NCBI GenBank assembly: GCA_016707895.1
Contig: JADJGV010000002.1
Coordinates: forward strand, 335,695-399,694
Source: Myxococcales bacterium
GTDB lineage: Bacteria > Myxococcota_A > Polyangia > Haliangiales > Haliangiaceae
Length of the DNA: 64,000 bases
Direction of reading: 5' to 3'
Of this stretch, positions 9,738-18,194 are shown piece after piece. The position numbers were made by a program, and so were the translations under genes. The notes beneath the pieces were generated by a model that searched no databases, was not told where the DNA came from, and saw nothing but the letters and a program-made list of their open reading frames with translations. Numbering within the stretch: position 1 is the stretch's first letter; each line of letters opens with the position of its first letter.

Positions 9738-10898
9738 ATGACGCCGCGCGCCCCGTCGATCGTCACCAAGCTCGCCGTCTCGCTCGCGCTGGCCGCGTGC
9801 GGGGGCGACGACGCCACCACCGACCCGCCGGTCCAGGACATCGCCGGCTGCGATGGCGCGACGCTCCTGTCGAAGCCCAGCGACCCCGCGGCCCGCGGCC
9901 CGTGGCCGGTCGGCGCCCGTACCGTCACCGTCGGCCGGCTGGGCAAGGTCGAGGTCTGGTACCCGGCGGTGCGCGGCAGCGAGACCGGCAAGACGACCGC
10001 GCGCTACGACATCCGCGAGGCGCTCAACGCCTCGCAGCGCGCCACGATCAGCGACGCCGACAACCCGTGGCAGGACTGCGACTGCTACCGCGACCTGCCG
10101 CTCGACGACGCCCACGGCCCGTACCCGGCGGTGGTGTTCGTCCACGGCACGGCCGCGTTCCGCCACCAGTCGCTGCCGATCGTCACCCACTGGGCCAGCC
10201 GCGGCTTCGTCGTGATCGCCGCCGATCACCCGGGCCTCGTGCTCGGCGACGTCCTGACGATGCTGTGCCCCGACACGCCGACCGGCAGCCGCGACCTGGC
10301 CGGCGACATCGCCGCCGAGATCGCCGCGCTGGCCGCGCCCGCCGGCGAGCTGGCGTTCCTGGCCGGCCACGTCGACGCCACCCGGGTCGCCGTCGCCGGT
10401 CACTCGGCCGGCGCGTCGGCCGCCGCCGGCGCCACCGCGCTCCCCGGCGTCCGCGTCGTCATCGGCATGGCCGGCAACCAGGCCGCCGCCGACTCGTCGA
10501 CGCTCGAGCGGGTGCTGTTCATGGCCGGCGACATGGACTCGATCGTCCAGCCCAGCGCGGTCAAGAACGCGTGGTCGATGTCGGCCACGCCGCGCCACTA
10601 CTTCAGCATCGTCGGTGGCGCGCACCTCGCGTTCTCGGACCTGTGCGAGACCAAGAACGCGGCCGGCAAGAACCTCCTGCAGATCGCCAACGACTACAAC
10701 CTGTGCGGCGCCGCCGCCGCGGGCCTCCTGTTCCAGTGCGACCCGGCCTTCATCCCCGGCCCCGAGGCCTGGGACATCATCGACTTCGCCACCACCACGG
10801 TGCTCGAGTCGACGCTGCAGTGCGCCACCGGTGGTCCGACGATCGATCAGGTCGACGACACCTACCCCAAGGCGCACAACTACGAGGAGGCCCTATAG
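9738..10898 (+). CDS. alpha/beta-hydrolase lipoprotein (PAF-acetylhydrolase/dienelactone-hydrolase-like)
   Basis: Lipobox LALAAC. Nucleophile elbow GHSAG. FVHG oxyanion-hole region. Confidence 0.75.
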   Translation: MTPRAPSIVTKLAVSLALAACGGDDATTDPPVQDIAGCDGATLLSKPSDPAARGPWPVGARTVTVGRLGKVEVWYPAVRGSETGKTTARYDIREALNASQRATISDADNPWQDCDCYRDLPLDDAHGPYPAVVFVHGTAAFRHQSLPIVTHWASRGFVVIAADHPGLVLGDVLTMLCPDTPTGSRDLAGDIAAEIAALAAPAGELAFLAGHVDATRVAVAGHSAGASAAAGATALPGVRVVIGMAGNQAAADSSTLERVLFMAGDMDSIVQPSAVKNAWSMSATPRHYFSIVGGAHLAFSDLCETKNAAGKNLLQIANDYNLCGAAAAGLLFQCDPAFIPGPEAWDIIDFATTTVLESTLQCATGGPTIDQVDDTYPKAHNYEEAL

Positions 10899-10978
10899 CC
10901 GGCCCAGCGCGCCCACCGCCGACGGGCGATCCTTGCCATTAGCCTGCTAGGCAAGGGCACGGCCCTAGACGTGGTTCT

Positions 10979-11512
10979 CTACCAATTGCAGGACTCACCC
11001 TGGGGCGCATTGCAGAGGTTGATTCCACACTGCTCCCATGTCTTGTAGTTTGCCGTCCCGTCGATGTTGGATGGCGTGGTTGCGTGTCCCGCGTGACCAG
11101 GGCCCCCCATCGCCCAATACGTGACCGGCGTGGCGCACGTCGATGTCGCTACGACAGGCTCCCAGATGCCGATTGTCACAGGTGAGCAGACCCCCAAGTA
11201 GCAGAATTCGCCGGCGTGCCACACCCTTGGATTGCAGTACTCGAAGTAGGGTGCACAAGCAAACTGCTTTTCGGCCACCCCGGGTGCTTGGTCGGCCTTC
11301 GTTGTCGGCGAAACAAAGTACCTGCCTTCCTCATTGATTCGCAGCGATCGCCCTTCGAGATCTGCGACGTCGAAAGAAATCACACTGGGGTTGATCTCCT
11401 CAAACGAACTTGGCGTTGGCCCCGATATCGGATCCGCGCAGCCGGACCAGAATGCGCCTGCGATGGACGCCATCGCGAATGGGACAAGAATGCTCCCAAG
11501 AGAATTCGCCAT
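10979..11512 (-). CDS. Cys-rich secreted protein encoded on a low-GC island
   Basis: GGAGG lies 8 nt upstream of the ATG. Signal peptide MANSLGSILVPFAMASIAGAFWSGCADP. About 12 Cys in the mature part. Local GC is ~55% against ~72% for the window. Confidence 0.5.
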   Translation of the reverse strand: MANSLGSILVPFAMASIAGAFWSGCADPISGPTPSSFEEINPSVISFDVADLEGRSLRINEEGRYFVSPTTKADQAPGVAEKQFACAPYFEYCNPRVWHAGEFCYLGVCSPVTIGIWEPVVATSTCATPVTYWAMGGPGHAGHATTPSNIDGTANYKTWEQCGINLCNAPQGESCNW

Positions 11513-11782
11513 TTTACACGCCTCCGTGATGTGGTGCCTTGCTTCCACGAACCCATCCTAGAGCCACGAGCTCCACGAATGCAACAATAGCCCGGTCCTT
11601 TTGTGAAGCATTTCGCTATGCCATTGAAATAGTTGCCTCATCGACGCCCGAAAAACACGTTTCAGAATCTGGGCAAGGCAACTGGTTTGGGCCAACCACT
11701 GTGGGACGATGGGCCAATAGAAAGCGGAGCCTCATCGGGTTCCAAGCCGTCGACTGGTGTTAGGCTCGCTGCCGTGGGCTAC

Positions 11783-12196
11783 ATGGTCCGGTACTACGCC
11801 GCACAGCCGATCACGTCCAAGGCCCTGCACCAGGCCCTGCAGGCGGTCGATCCAGCGCTGAAGATCGACCTCGGTGAGCTGCTGCACGGCGACCAGTCCC
11901 TGGGACAGGTCGAGGTGAACCAGGCCAGCGGCGACCTGTTCGAGGACGACCTGCGCAACACGATCCGCGTCGTCGAGTCGACCGGCCACGGCGCCGCGGT
12001 CGTGCCCCGCCTGCGCGCCAGCCGCGCGGTCGTCGTCGCCGATCTCGACTGGGGCACCCGCGGCCCCGACGCCACGCTCGCGCTGGTCGCGCCGCTGTGG
12101 AACGTGCTGCGCCAGCTGTCGCCCGGGCTCGCCCAGTGGGACGGCCACGGCATGTACGACGGCGACCAGTGCGTCGTCGATCTGCGCGGCCGCTGA
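11783..12196 (+). CDS. hypothetical protein
   Basis: Internal ATG (MVRYYAAQPITSK…) of ORF 11633..12196. Codon usage returns to high GC. No motif recognised. Confidence 0.35.
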   Translation: MVRYYAAQPITSKALHQALQAVDPALKIDLGELLHGDQSLGQVEVNQASGDLFEDDLRNTIRVVESTGHGAAVVPRLRASRAVVVADLDWGTRGPDATLALVAPLWNVLRQLSPGLAQWDGHGMYDGDQCVVDLRGR

Positions 12197-12246
12197 TCAG
12201 GGCCGCTGATCCGCGCGGCTGATCAGTTTCGATCAATGGCTGATCA
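12191..12246. promoter_or_regulatory. array of 4-5 (GC)TGATCA/TGATCC motifs spaced ~13 bp apart
   Basis: GCTGATCAGGGCCGCTGATCCGCGCGGCTGATCAGTTTCGATCAATGGCTGATCAC lies upstream of the Cys-rich lipoprotein gene at 12370. TGATCA is palindromic and contains GATC. Confidence 0.3.
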
Positions 12247-12369
12247 CGGCGGGCGGAATCGCACGCGCAGCGCGGTCGCGTCTCGCGCGAGCGAGTGTCA
12301 GCGCGTGGGCCAGCGAGCGATCTCGAGATCGCCGCGCGGCCATGCACAGTGCCGCGCCAGGAGGTACCT

Positions 12370-12855
12370 ATGCACCTGCATACGATCTTGTCTGCGTTCA
12401 TTCTCTCGGTCGGCCTCGCGGCCTGTGGCGGAAGCGGCAGCGGTGACGACGTCGTCTCTGTCGACGCGCGGACCACCGATGGCGGCGGCGCGGCGGATGC
12501 GCCCGGTGGCGGTATCGACGCCCCTGGCGGCGGCAGCAACGCCCTCGGCATGCTCTGTAGCCCAACCGTGGCGTGCCCACTGGGCAACATGTGCACCGGC
12601 GTCACGGGAGTCGGAAGCCAGACGATGGGGTGGTGCACGCCGATGTGCTCGGGGCAGATGAGCACCGAATGCGCGACCGGCTACACAGGGCCCGCCGGCG
12701 GTCGGCCGGTGTGCATCCTCTCGCAGCCGGGCAGCACAATGGCGACTGGGTGCGCGATCATCTGCACCGCGCCCGAGCAGTGCCCGATGAACCTGGCGTG
12801 CATCCCCGTTCCTAATCAGCAAACGCCGTTCAGCATCTGCGCGCCCCCGGCCTGA
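12370..12855 (+). CDS. Cys-rich lipoprotein
   Basis: AGGAGG lies 6 nt upstream of the ATG. Lipobox ILSVGLAAC. A Gly/Asp-rich linker is followed by a Cys-rich domain (12 Cys). Confidence 0.6.
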   Translation: MHLHTILSAFILSVGLAACGGSGSGDDVVSVDARTTDGGGAADAPGGGIDAPGGGSNALGMLCSPTVACPLGNMCTGVTGVGSQTMGWCTPMCSGQMSTECATGYTGPAGGRPVCILSQPGSTMATGCAIICTAPEQCPMNLACIPVPNQQTPFSICAPPA

Positions 12856-12877
12856 TCGGTCGGAGCGGTCGCCCGAA

Positions 12878-13110
12878 TGCCCGAGTCGCAACCCCGAATC
12901 GAATGCCGGCCCCAGCCGGCCCCAGCCGGCCCCAAGAGCCGAGTCGCAGCCGAGTCGCAACCCAAGAGCCGAGTCGCAACCCATCGGATCGCGCGTGCCC
13001 AAGAGCCGAGTCGCCCAGCCGAGTCGCCCAAGAGCCGAGTCGCAACCCATCGGATCGCGCGTGCGGCCCCAAGAGCCGAGTCGCAACCCATCGGATCGCG
13101 CGTGCGGGGT
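12878..13110. repeat. complex tandem direct-repeat array (12-nt core AGCCGAGTCGCA ≥8 copies; ~38-nt higher-order unit CCAAGAGCCGAGTCGCAACCCATCGGATCGCGCGTGC ×3)
   Basis: Read directly from the sequence. Units abut with no unique spacers, so this is not a CRISPR array. It lies ~140 bp beyond the 3' end of the HUH transposase gene. Confidence 0.7.
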
Positions 13111-13250
13111 GAATCGCGTCGCGGAGTCACCTCCGTCGCCCGCCGAAAGCGCGGCCGCCCGGTCGACCAGGGGTGATGGCCTGGTGGGCCGGGCAGCGAG
13201 CGAAGAGGGCGGGTGGGTAGCGCGTCAGCGCAGGGCGAGCGGACGGACCG

Positions 13251-14246
13251 TCACGCGAGGGCGAGGTCGGCGTCGTCGAGGCCTCGGAGCCAGGTGGCGG
13301 CGAGGTCGGTGGGGGCGGGGATGTACCAGCGCGGGCGGACGAGCGCGCCGGGCGGGTAGCTGGCGGTGATCGCCGCGGCGATCTCGTCGGTGTCGGCGGA
13401 GGCGAGCTTGCGCAGACGCTCGGAGGCGCGCTTGTAGTGGTCGCGGAAGGTGGCGTAGGCGGCGAGGAAGCGCGCGCGGACGCGGACGCAGAAGGCGTGG
13501 CACGCCGGTGCAGGCGACGGCTCGAGCTTGTTGAGGGGCGTCGCATCGGGATCCTCGGCGATCACGCGACCCGCGCCGAGGACGGCGGCGCCGGCATGCT
13601 CGGCCTCGATCTCGGCGACGAGGGCGGCGTGCTTGGCGCGGAGCGCGGCCGGAGTGAGGTCGGCCCAGATGGGCAGCGGGGTGAGCGTGATGGCGACGTC
13701 GTGCGCGAGCTCGGCGTCGGAGTGCGGCTCCGGGCGGCGGGCGTTGCGGCGGCGCGCGTCGAGCGAGCGGTAGACGGCGGGGATGGTCATGTCGCCGAGC
13801 AGCGCGGGCGTCGAGCAGGCGCCGGGCCAGTCGCGCGGCGAGGCGACGAGGTTGGACGTGGGGCCCTGGGCGAGGATGTAGCGGAGGCGATCGATCTGGG
13901 CGTCACCATCGAGGACGGCGATGACGCTGCCGCGGCGGCTCCAGAAGACGCCTTCGCGATCGCGGAGGTCGTTGAGTTGACGGGCGATGTTGCCGTGAAC
14001 GTAGTCGATGAAGAGCGGCAGCTGATCGGGATCGTGGTCGGCCGAGCAGAGGTAGTGGAGGTGGTTGGATTGGGCGTCGAAGGCGTAGAGGCGGACCGCG
14101 GTGTAGAGCGCGAGTGCCTTGCCGAAGACGCCGTCGATGATCGCGCGGCACGCGGGATCGGGGCGCAGCCAGAAGTGGCCGCCCAGCGTCCGGATCGTCA
14201 CCTCGTAGAGCAACTGCGCCACGTAGAACCGCTGTCGATGCGCCAT
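13251..14246 (-). CDS. IS200/IS605-family Y1 HUH transposase (COG1943, RayT-like), with a long C-terminal extension
   Basis: HuH motif SNHLHYL. Catalytic Tyr helix RLRYILAQGPTSNLVASPRDWP matching the RayT/IS200 pattern Y..NP..LV..P.DWP. Start is an internal ATG (MAHRQRFYVAQ…). The upstream part of ORF 13251..14504 lies in a low-GC non-coding region. Confidence 0.7.
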   Translation of the reverse strand: MAHRQRFYVAQLLYEVTIRTLGGHFWLRPDPACRAIIDGVFGKALALYTAVRLYAFDAQSNHLHYLCSADHDPDQLPLFIDYVHGNIARQLNDLRDREGVFWSRRGSVIAVLDGDAQIDRLRYILAQGPTSNLVASPRDWPGACSTPALLGDMTIPAVYRSLDARRRNARRPEPHSDAELAHDVAITLTPLPIWADLTPAALRAKHAALVAEIEAEHAGAAVLGAGRVIAEDPDATPLNKLEPSPAPACHAFCVRVRARFLAAYATFRDHYKRASERLRKLASADTDEIAAAITASYPPGALVRPRWYIPAPTDLAATWLRGLDDADLALA

Positions 14247-14362
14247 GTGCCACCCCGGTCGGCGCCCACCGCGGGCGCATGGCCGGGCTATCGACCAGGC
14301 CGCGCGGCGGTTGCGTGGTTCGCGCGGACGGTCATGAGATCGTCGCGGGCGCGCCCCATGAA

Positions 14363-14402
14363 CCCCCGATCCGGTTGGCCCCGATGCCCCGATCCGGTTG
14401 GC
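14363..14402. promoter_or_regulatory. two copies of CCCCGATCCGGTTGGC (tandem direct repeat, 6-nt gap) ~35 nt upstream of the histone-like gene
   Basis: Read directly. Lies between the divergent transposase and histone-like genes. Confidence 0.4.
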
Positions 14403-14436
14403 TGCAACCCGTTTCAGGGAGGCCGATTCCCAATGC

Positions 14437-14841
14437 ATGTTGGTCGACATGGAGGACGGAGACAGAGTAAAGGACGTGGCCGGCTCCGGCTTCGCGTACT
14501 TCATGGATGTCGTGACCGTGCTGGAGGTCCTGGAGGCCTTCGGGAAGCGAAGGCCGAAGTTGGAAGAGAAGCTCCGCCTGCTCAGCCACTACGCGGAAAA
14601 CGACGCGTACCCGGAGTGGGTGTTCGCGAAGGTGACCAAGGCCCCCAAGCGCGCCAAGCCGACCGAGCGCGCCAAGCCGACCAAGCGCGCCAAGCCTGCC
14701 AAGCGCGCCAAGCGCGCCGCCGAGCGCGAGGCCGCGAAGGCCACCAAGCCTACGAAGGCCACCAAGCCTACGAAGGCCACCAAGCCCTCCAAGCCCGCGA
14801 AGGCCACCAAGGCCAGGACCACCACGCCCCGGAAGCGCTAG
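14437..14841 (+). CDS. small DNA-binding-like protein with histone H1-like Lys/Ala/Pro-rich repetitive tail
   Basis: GGGAGG lies ~15 nt upstream of the ATG. Globular N-terminus, then KAPKRAKPTERAKPTKRAKPAKRAKRAA…ATKPTKATKPTKATKPSKPAKATKA. The antisense ORF 14332..15054 is the mirror image of these repeats. Confidence 0.55.
   Translation: MLVDMEDGDRVKDVAGSGFAYFMDVVTVLEVLEAFGKRRPKLEEKLRLLSHYAENDAYPEWVFAKVTKAPKRAKPTERAKPTKRAKPAKRAKRAAEREAAKATKPTKATKPTKATKPSKPAKATKARTTTPRKR
14643..14832 (+). repeat. in-frame coding tandem repeats (18-nt and 21-nt units) encoding the AKP/TKA tail
   Basis: GCGCCAAGCCGACC… and GCCACCAAGCCTACGAAG… units repeated in tandem within the CDS. Confidence 0.5.
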
Positions 14842-14859
14842 CGGCACGTCGCCCGGCGC

Positions 14860-15090
14860 TTGTCGTCCAGGGCCGACGGAGGCACGCTGGTGTCCGTGCA
14901 GCGCGACGCGCAACCCGCCAGCTCGGCGCCGTCGGTGCCTGCGGCCGAGGTCCCTGCGGCCGAGATCGACGAGTCGTTGCTGGACTGGTACCGACAGCTG
15001 ACGATGTGCGAGCGGTTGCGCGCGGCGAGCAAGTCGGCGGCGACGCTGGAGCACCTGGCTCGTGCCGCGAACCCCGACCGCGACCGTTGA
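14860..15090 (+). CDS. possible small ORF (76 aa), unknown
   Basis: Fills an otherwise empty gap. No motif recognised. Weak. Confidence 0.2.
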   Translation: MSSRADGGTLVSVQRDAQPASSAPSVPAAEVPAAEIDESLLDWYRQLTMCERLRAASKSAATLEHLARAANPDRDR

Positions 15091-15098
15091 TACAAGCG

Positions 15099-15422
15099 CT
15101 AGATCGGGCGCCGGCGCCAGTAGCCCGGGCGTCGCTTCGCGTGAGCCACAGCGATGACATCGATCGTGTCGGCAAGGACCACGTAGACGACGCGATACGG
15201 GAATCGCCGCACCTTGATCGAACGGATGTCCGGTGCCAGCAAGATCGGATGCGCCTGCGGGAGCCCAGCGATCAAGACGAGGGCGCCTTCGATCGCGGTG
15301 GCGAACCGCTGACCGCGGCCTTCGCGTTCGCGCTCATAGTAGGCGACGGCCTCGATGAGTTCCCGCGCCGCCGCCGGACGAAACGAGATCAGGTCTTCAG
15401 CGCGCGCTTCACGTCCGCCCAT
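15099..15422 (-). CDS. ParE/RelE-family type II toxin
   Basis: …LISFRPAAARELIEAVAYY… matches the ParE N-terminus. Size ~100 aa. Overlaps the upstream antitoxin gene. Confidence 0.7.
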   Translation of the reverse strand: MGGREARAEDLISFRPAAARELIEAVAYYEREREGRGQRFATAIEGALVLIAGLPQAHPILLAPDIRSIKVRRFPYRVVYVVLADTIDVIAVAHAKRRPGYWRRRPI

Positions 15423-15598
15423 GACACCCCCGGCGCCCCACCGCGCGCCTCCGCGGCCCGCCGTTCGAGCTCGGCGTGATCGTCGATCGAGATCCCGGGC
15501 GGGGCCTCGACGCTGTCGAGCAAGTGCGCCGCCAGCTCCTCGCGCTCGGCGGCGGAGAGCGCCATCGCCTCGTCAAGGAGCTGCACCACCGTGGCCAT
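15389..15598 (-). CDS. putative antitoxin (addiction-module component)
   Basis: Small acidic helical protein (MATVVQLLDEAMALSAAEREELAAHLLDSVE…) directly upstream of, and overlapping, the ParE gene. Confidence 0.6.
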   Translation of the reverse strand: MATVVQLLDEAMALSAAEREELAAHLLDSVEAPPGISIDDHAELERRAAEARGGAPGVSWADVKRALKT

Positions 15599-15699
15599 GT
15601 GTGACCGTACCAGTGCCTGGTATCCTCGCCAAGAGTTTCGACGGCGCCACGCGGTTGTCACCGCGCTGTCGCATTCGAGGCCTACCGCCGAGGGTGACC

Positions 15700-17406
15700 A
15701 TGCACAAGCGCGCGTTGTGGACGATCCTGGTGGTGTTCGGGGTGCTGGCGGCGGCGGGCTGCAAGAAGAAGGTGGACGACGGCGGCGGCTCGAAGGGCCC
15801 GCCGTCGTCGACGCCGGCGCCGCCGACCCAGCCGGCGGTCGAGCTGCGGATCGCGTACGGCAGCGAGAAGAAGGCGTGGCTGGAGGAGCAGATCAAGGCG
15901 TGGAACGCGACCGGGCCCAAGACCGCGGGCGGGGCGCCGATCAAGGCGGTCGGCGCGGCCAGCGGCTCGGGCGAGGCGATGCAGGCGGTCCTCGACGGCA
16001 AGAGCCGGCCGCACGTGTTCAGCCCGGCGTCGTCGGCGTACGTCGCGCTGCTCAACCAGGCGTGGCTGTCGCGCGACAACCACACCAAGGCGCTGGCGCC
16101 GGCCGGCGAGCCGATCGTGCTGTCGCCGATCGTCATCGCGATGTGGAAGCCGATGGCCGAGGCGCTGGGCTGGCCCGGCAAGGACATCGGCTGGGCCGAC
16201 CTGGTCAAGCTGTCGCGCGACCCCAAGGGCTGGGCCACGTATGAGCGCCCCGAGTGGGGCACGTTCAAGCTCGGCCACACTCACCCCGAGTACTCGAACT
16301 CCGGGCTGCTCGCGGTGCTGGCCGCCGCGTACGCCGGCACCGGCAAGACCACCGGGCTGACCGCCGACGACCTCACCGCGCCCTCGACCCGCGCGTTCCT
16401 CACCGAGGTCGAGGACTCGATCGTCCACTACGGCAAGTCGACGAGCCTGTTCATCGACAAGATGGTCGAGCGCGGCCCGACGTACCTGTCGGCGGCCGTG
16501 CTGTACGAGAACCTCGTCATCGAGGCCAACTCGAAGACGCCCGCCCCGTCGCCGCCGCTGGTGGCGATCTACCCGGTCGAGGGCACGTTCTGGAGCGACC
16601 ACCCGTACGCGATCCTCGACGCCGAGTGGGTCGGGGCCGACGAGCGCGCCGCCGCCCAGGCGTTCCTCGCGTTCGTGAAGGCGCGGCCGGCGCAGGAGCG
16701 CGCGCTGGCGCTGGGCTTCCGCCCCGCCGATCCCGCCATCGCCATGGCGGCGCCGATCGACGCCGCGCACGGCGCCGATCCGCAGCAGCCGCAGACGCTG
16801 CTGGCGGTGCCCGACGGCGCGACGCTCGCGAAGCTGGTCGCCGCGTGGCGGGCCACCAAGAAGGCCAGCGAGGTGACGCTGGTGTTCGACAAGTCGGGCA
16901 GCATGGAGGGCCAGCCGCTGGCCGAGGCCAAGGCCGGCGCCGCGACGTTCCTCGACACGCTCGACGACCGCGACCGGGTGACGCTGGTGTTCTTCGACGA
17001 CAAGGTCTACCCGCCGATCGGCCCGGTCGAGCTGGGCCCGTCGCGGGCGATGCTGCGCCAGCGCATCGAGGGCACGATCGCCTCGGGCGGCACCGCGCTG
17101 TACGACGCGGTGACCGAGGCCCACGCGGCGATGCGCGGCAAGGTCGCCAAGAACCCGCACCGCATCCACGCGATGGTGGTCATGACCGACGGCGTCGACG
17201 AGAACTCCGTGACCACCTTGCCCAAGGTGACCAAGCAGGTCACCGTCGAGGGCGACGCCGCGGTCAGCATCTTCACGATCGCCTACGGCACCGAGACCAA
17301 CCCCGACGCGCTCACTCAGATCGCGGAGAAGTCGCGCGGCACCTTCTCGCGCGGTAGCGTCGCCGACATCCGCGCGGTGTTCCGCGACATCGGCACGTTC
17401 TTCTGA
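15700..17406 (+). CDS. lipoprotein with N-terminal periplasmic solute-binding-protein-like domain fused to C-terminal von Willebrand factor A (vWA) domain
   Basis: GAGGGTG RBS. Lipobox LAAAGC. Substrate-binding-protein-like domain of ~400 aa. vWA MIDAS motif in VTLVFDKSGSMEG. The upstream part of ORF 15355..17406 is non-coding. Confidence 0.8.
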   Translation: MHKRALWTILVVFGVLAAAGCKKKVDDGGGSKGPPSSTPAPPTQPAVELRIAYGSEKKAWLEEQIKAWNATGPKTAGGAPIKAVGAASGSGEAMQAVLDGKSRPHVFSPASSAYVALLNQAWLSRDNHTKALAPAGEPIVLSPIVIAMWKPMAEALGWPGKDIGWADLVKLSRDPKGWATYERPEWGTFKLGHTHPEYSNSGLLAVLAAAYAGTGKTTGLTADDLTAPSTRAFLTEVEDSIVHYGKSTSLFIDKMVERGPTYLSAAVLYENLVIEANSKTPAPSPPLVAIYPVEGTFWSDHPYAILDAEWVGADERAAAQAFLAFVKARPAQERALALGFRPADPAIAMAAPIDAAHGADPQQPQTLLAVPDGATLAKLVAAWRATKKASEVTLVFDKSGSMEGQPLAEAKAGAATFLDTLDDRDRVTLVFFDDKVYPPIGPVELGPSRAMLRQRIEGTIASGGTALYDAVTEAHAAMRGKVAKNPHRIHAMVVMTDGVDENSVTTLPKVTKQVTVEGDAAVSIFTIAYGTETNPDALTQIAEKSRGTFSRGSVADIRAVFRDIGTFF

Positions 17407-17417
17407 GATCTCCACGC

Positions 17418-18194
17418 ATGGCTCGCTCTCCCTTCGCTCGCGTCTTCGCCCGCGCCGCCGGCGGTCCGGTCAACCTCGGCGTGGCCGGGGCCGCGGTGGT
17501 CGGCGCGGTCGCGCTGGCCAGCTGGCCGATCGCGGTGCTCGGCGGCGCGGCGTACGCGGCGCTGGTCGCGGTCGACATCACCAACAGCGGCTTCCGCCGC
17601 AAGGTGCTGTCGGGGCGCGACGAGCGGCCGACGCTGCCGGATCCCAAGACCCTCGAGGACCCCGCGCTCAAGAAGGCGGCGACCGCGGTGGCCACCGCCC
17701 GCGCGGAGATCGAGCGGGTCGCCAAGGGCGTCCCCGACCGCATCCGCAAGAACGTCGCCGGCTCGCTGACCGCCACCGACGAGCTGGTCGGCCACGCCGC
17801 CGCGCTGATCCTGCGCGGCGACGCGCTGGCGCGCTACCTGGCCAAGGCCAGCCGCGCCGACGCCACCCTCGAGGTCGACCAGCTCGACGCGCTGGTGGCG
17901 GCCGCGACCGACGACGCCGCCCGCCAGCAGTACGCGCTGGCGGCCGAGGCGGCGCGCGCGCGGGTGAAGTCGCTCGACGACATCGCCAAGGCCCACCAGC
18001 GCATCCTGGCCAACCTGACCCGGCTGGTCGCGGCGCTGCGCGGCGTGCCGACCAGCCTGGTGTCGCTGCAGGCCCTCGACGATCAGGCGTCGGACTCGCT
18101 CACCGGCAACGTCAGCGGCGATCTGGAGCGGATGAACATCGAGCTTCGGGCGTTCGAGGACACCCTCGCAACCCTGGTGGAGGTACCGACGTGA
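17418..18194 (+). CDS. membrane protein with two N-terminal TM helices and coiled-coil C-terminal region
   Basis: Starts 12 nt after the upstream stop. Its stop overlaps the next start (GTGA). No family recognised. Confidence 0.6.
   Translation: MARSPFARVFARAAGGPVNLGVAGAAVVGAVALASWPIAVLGGAAYAALVAVDITNSGFRRKVLSGRDERPTLPDPKTLEDPALKKAATAVATARAEIERVAKGVPDRIRKNVAGSLTATDELVGHAAALILRGDALARYLAKASRADATLEVDQLDALVAAATDDAARQQYALAAEAARARVKSLDDIAKAHQRILANLTRLVAALRGVPTSLVSLQALDDQASDSLTGNVSGDLERMNIELRAFEDTLATLVEVPT

Noticed and set aside
12878-13110. Possible CRISPR array
   Set aside because: Repeat units are directly adjacent or overlapping with no unique spacers, and no cas genes are present. Classified as a tandem-repeat array.
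12816-13180. ORFs translating the tandem repeats (RDPMGCDSALG… / PKSRVA… repeats) on both strands
   Set aside because: They arise purely from the DNA tandem repeat. No start or RBS, and the repeats abut with no spacers, so not protein-coding and not CRISPR.
14332-15054. 240-aa minus-strand ORF (GLGGLGGLRRLGGL… repeats)
   Set aside because: Mirror image of the Lys/Ala/Pro repeat coding region of the histone-like gene on the plus strand.
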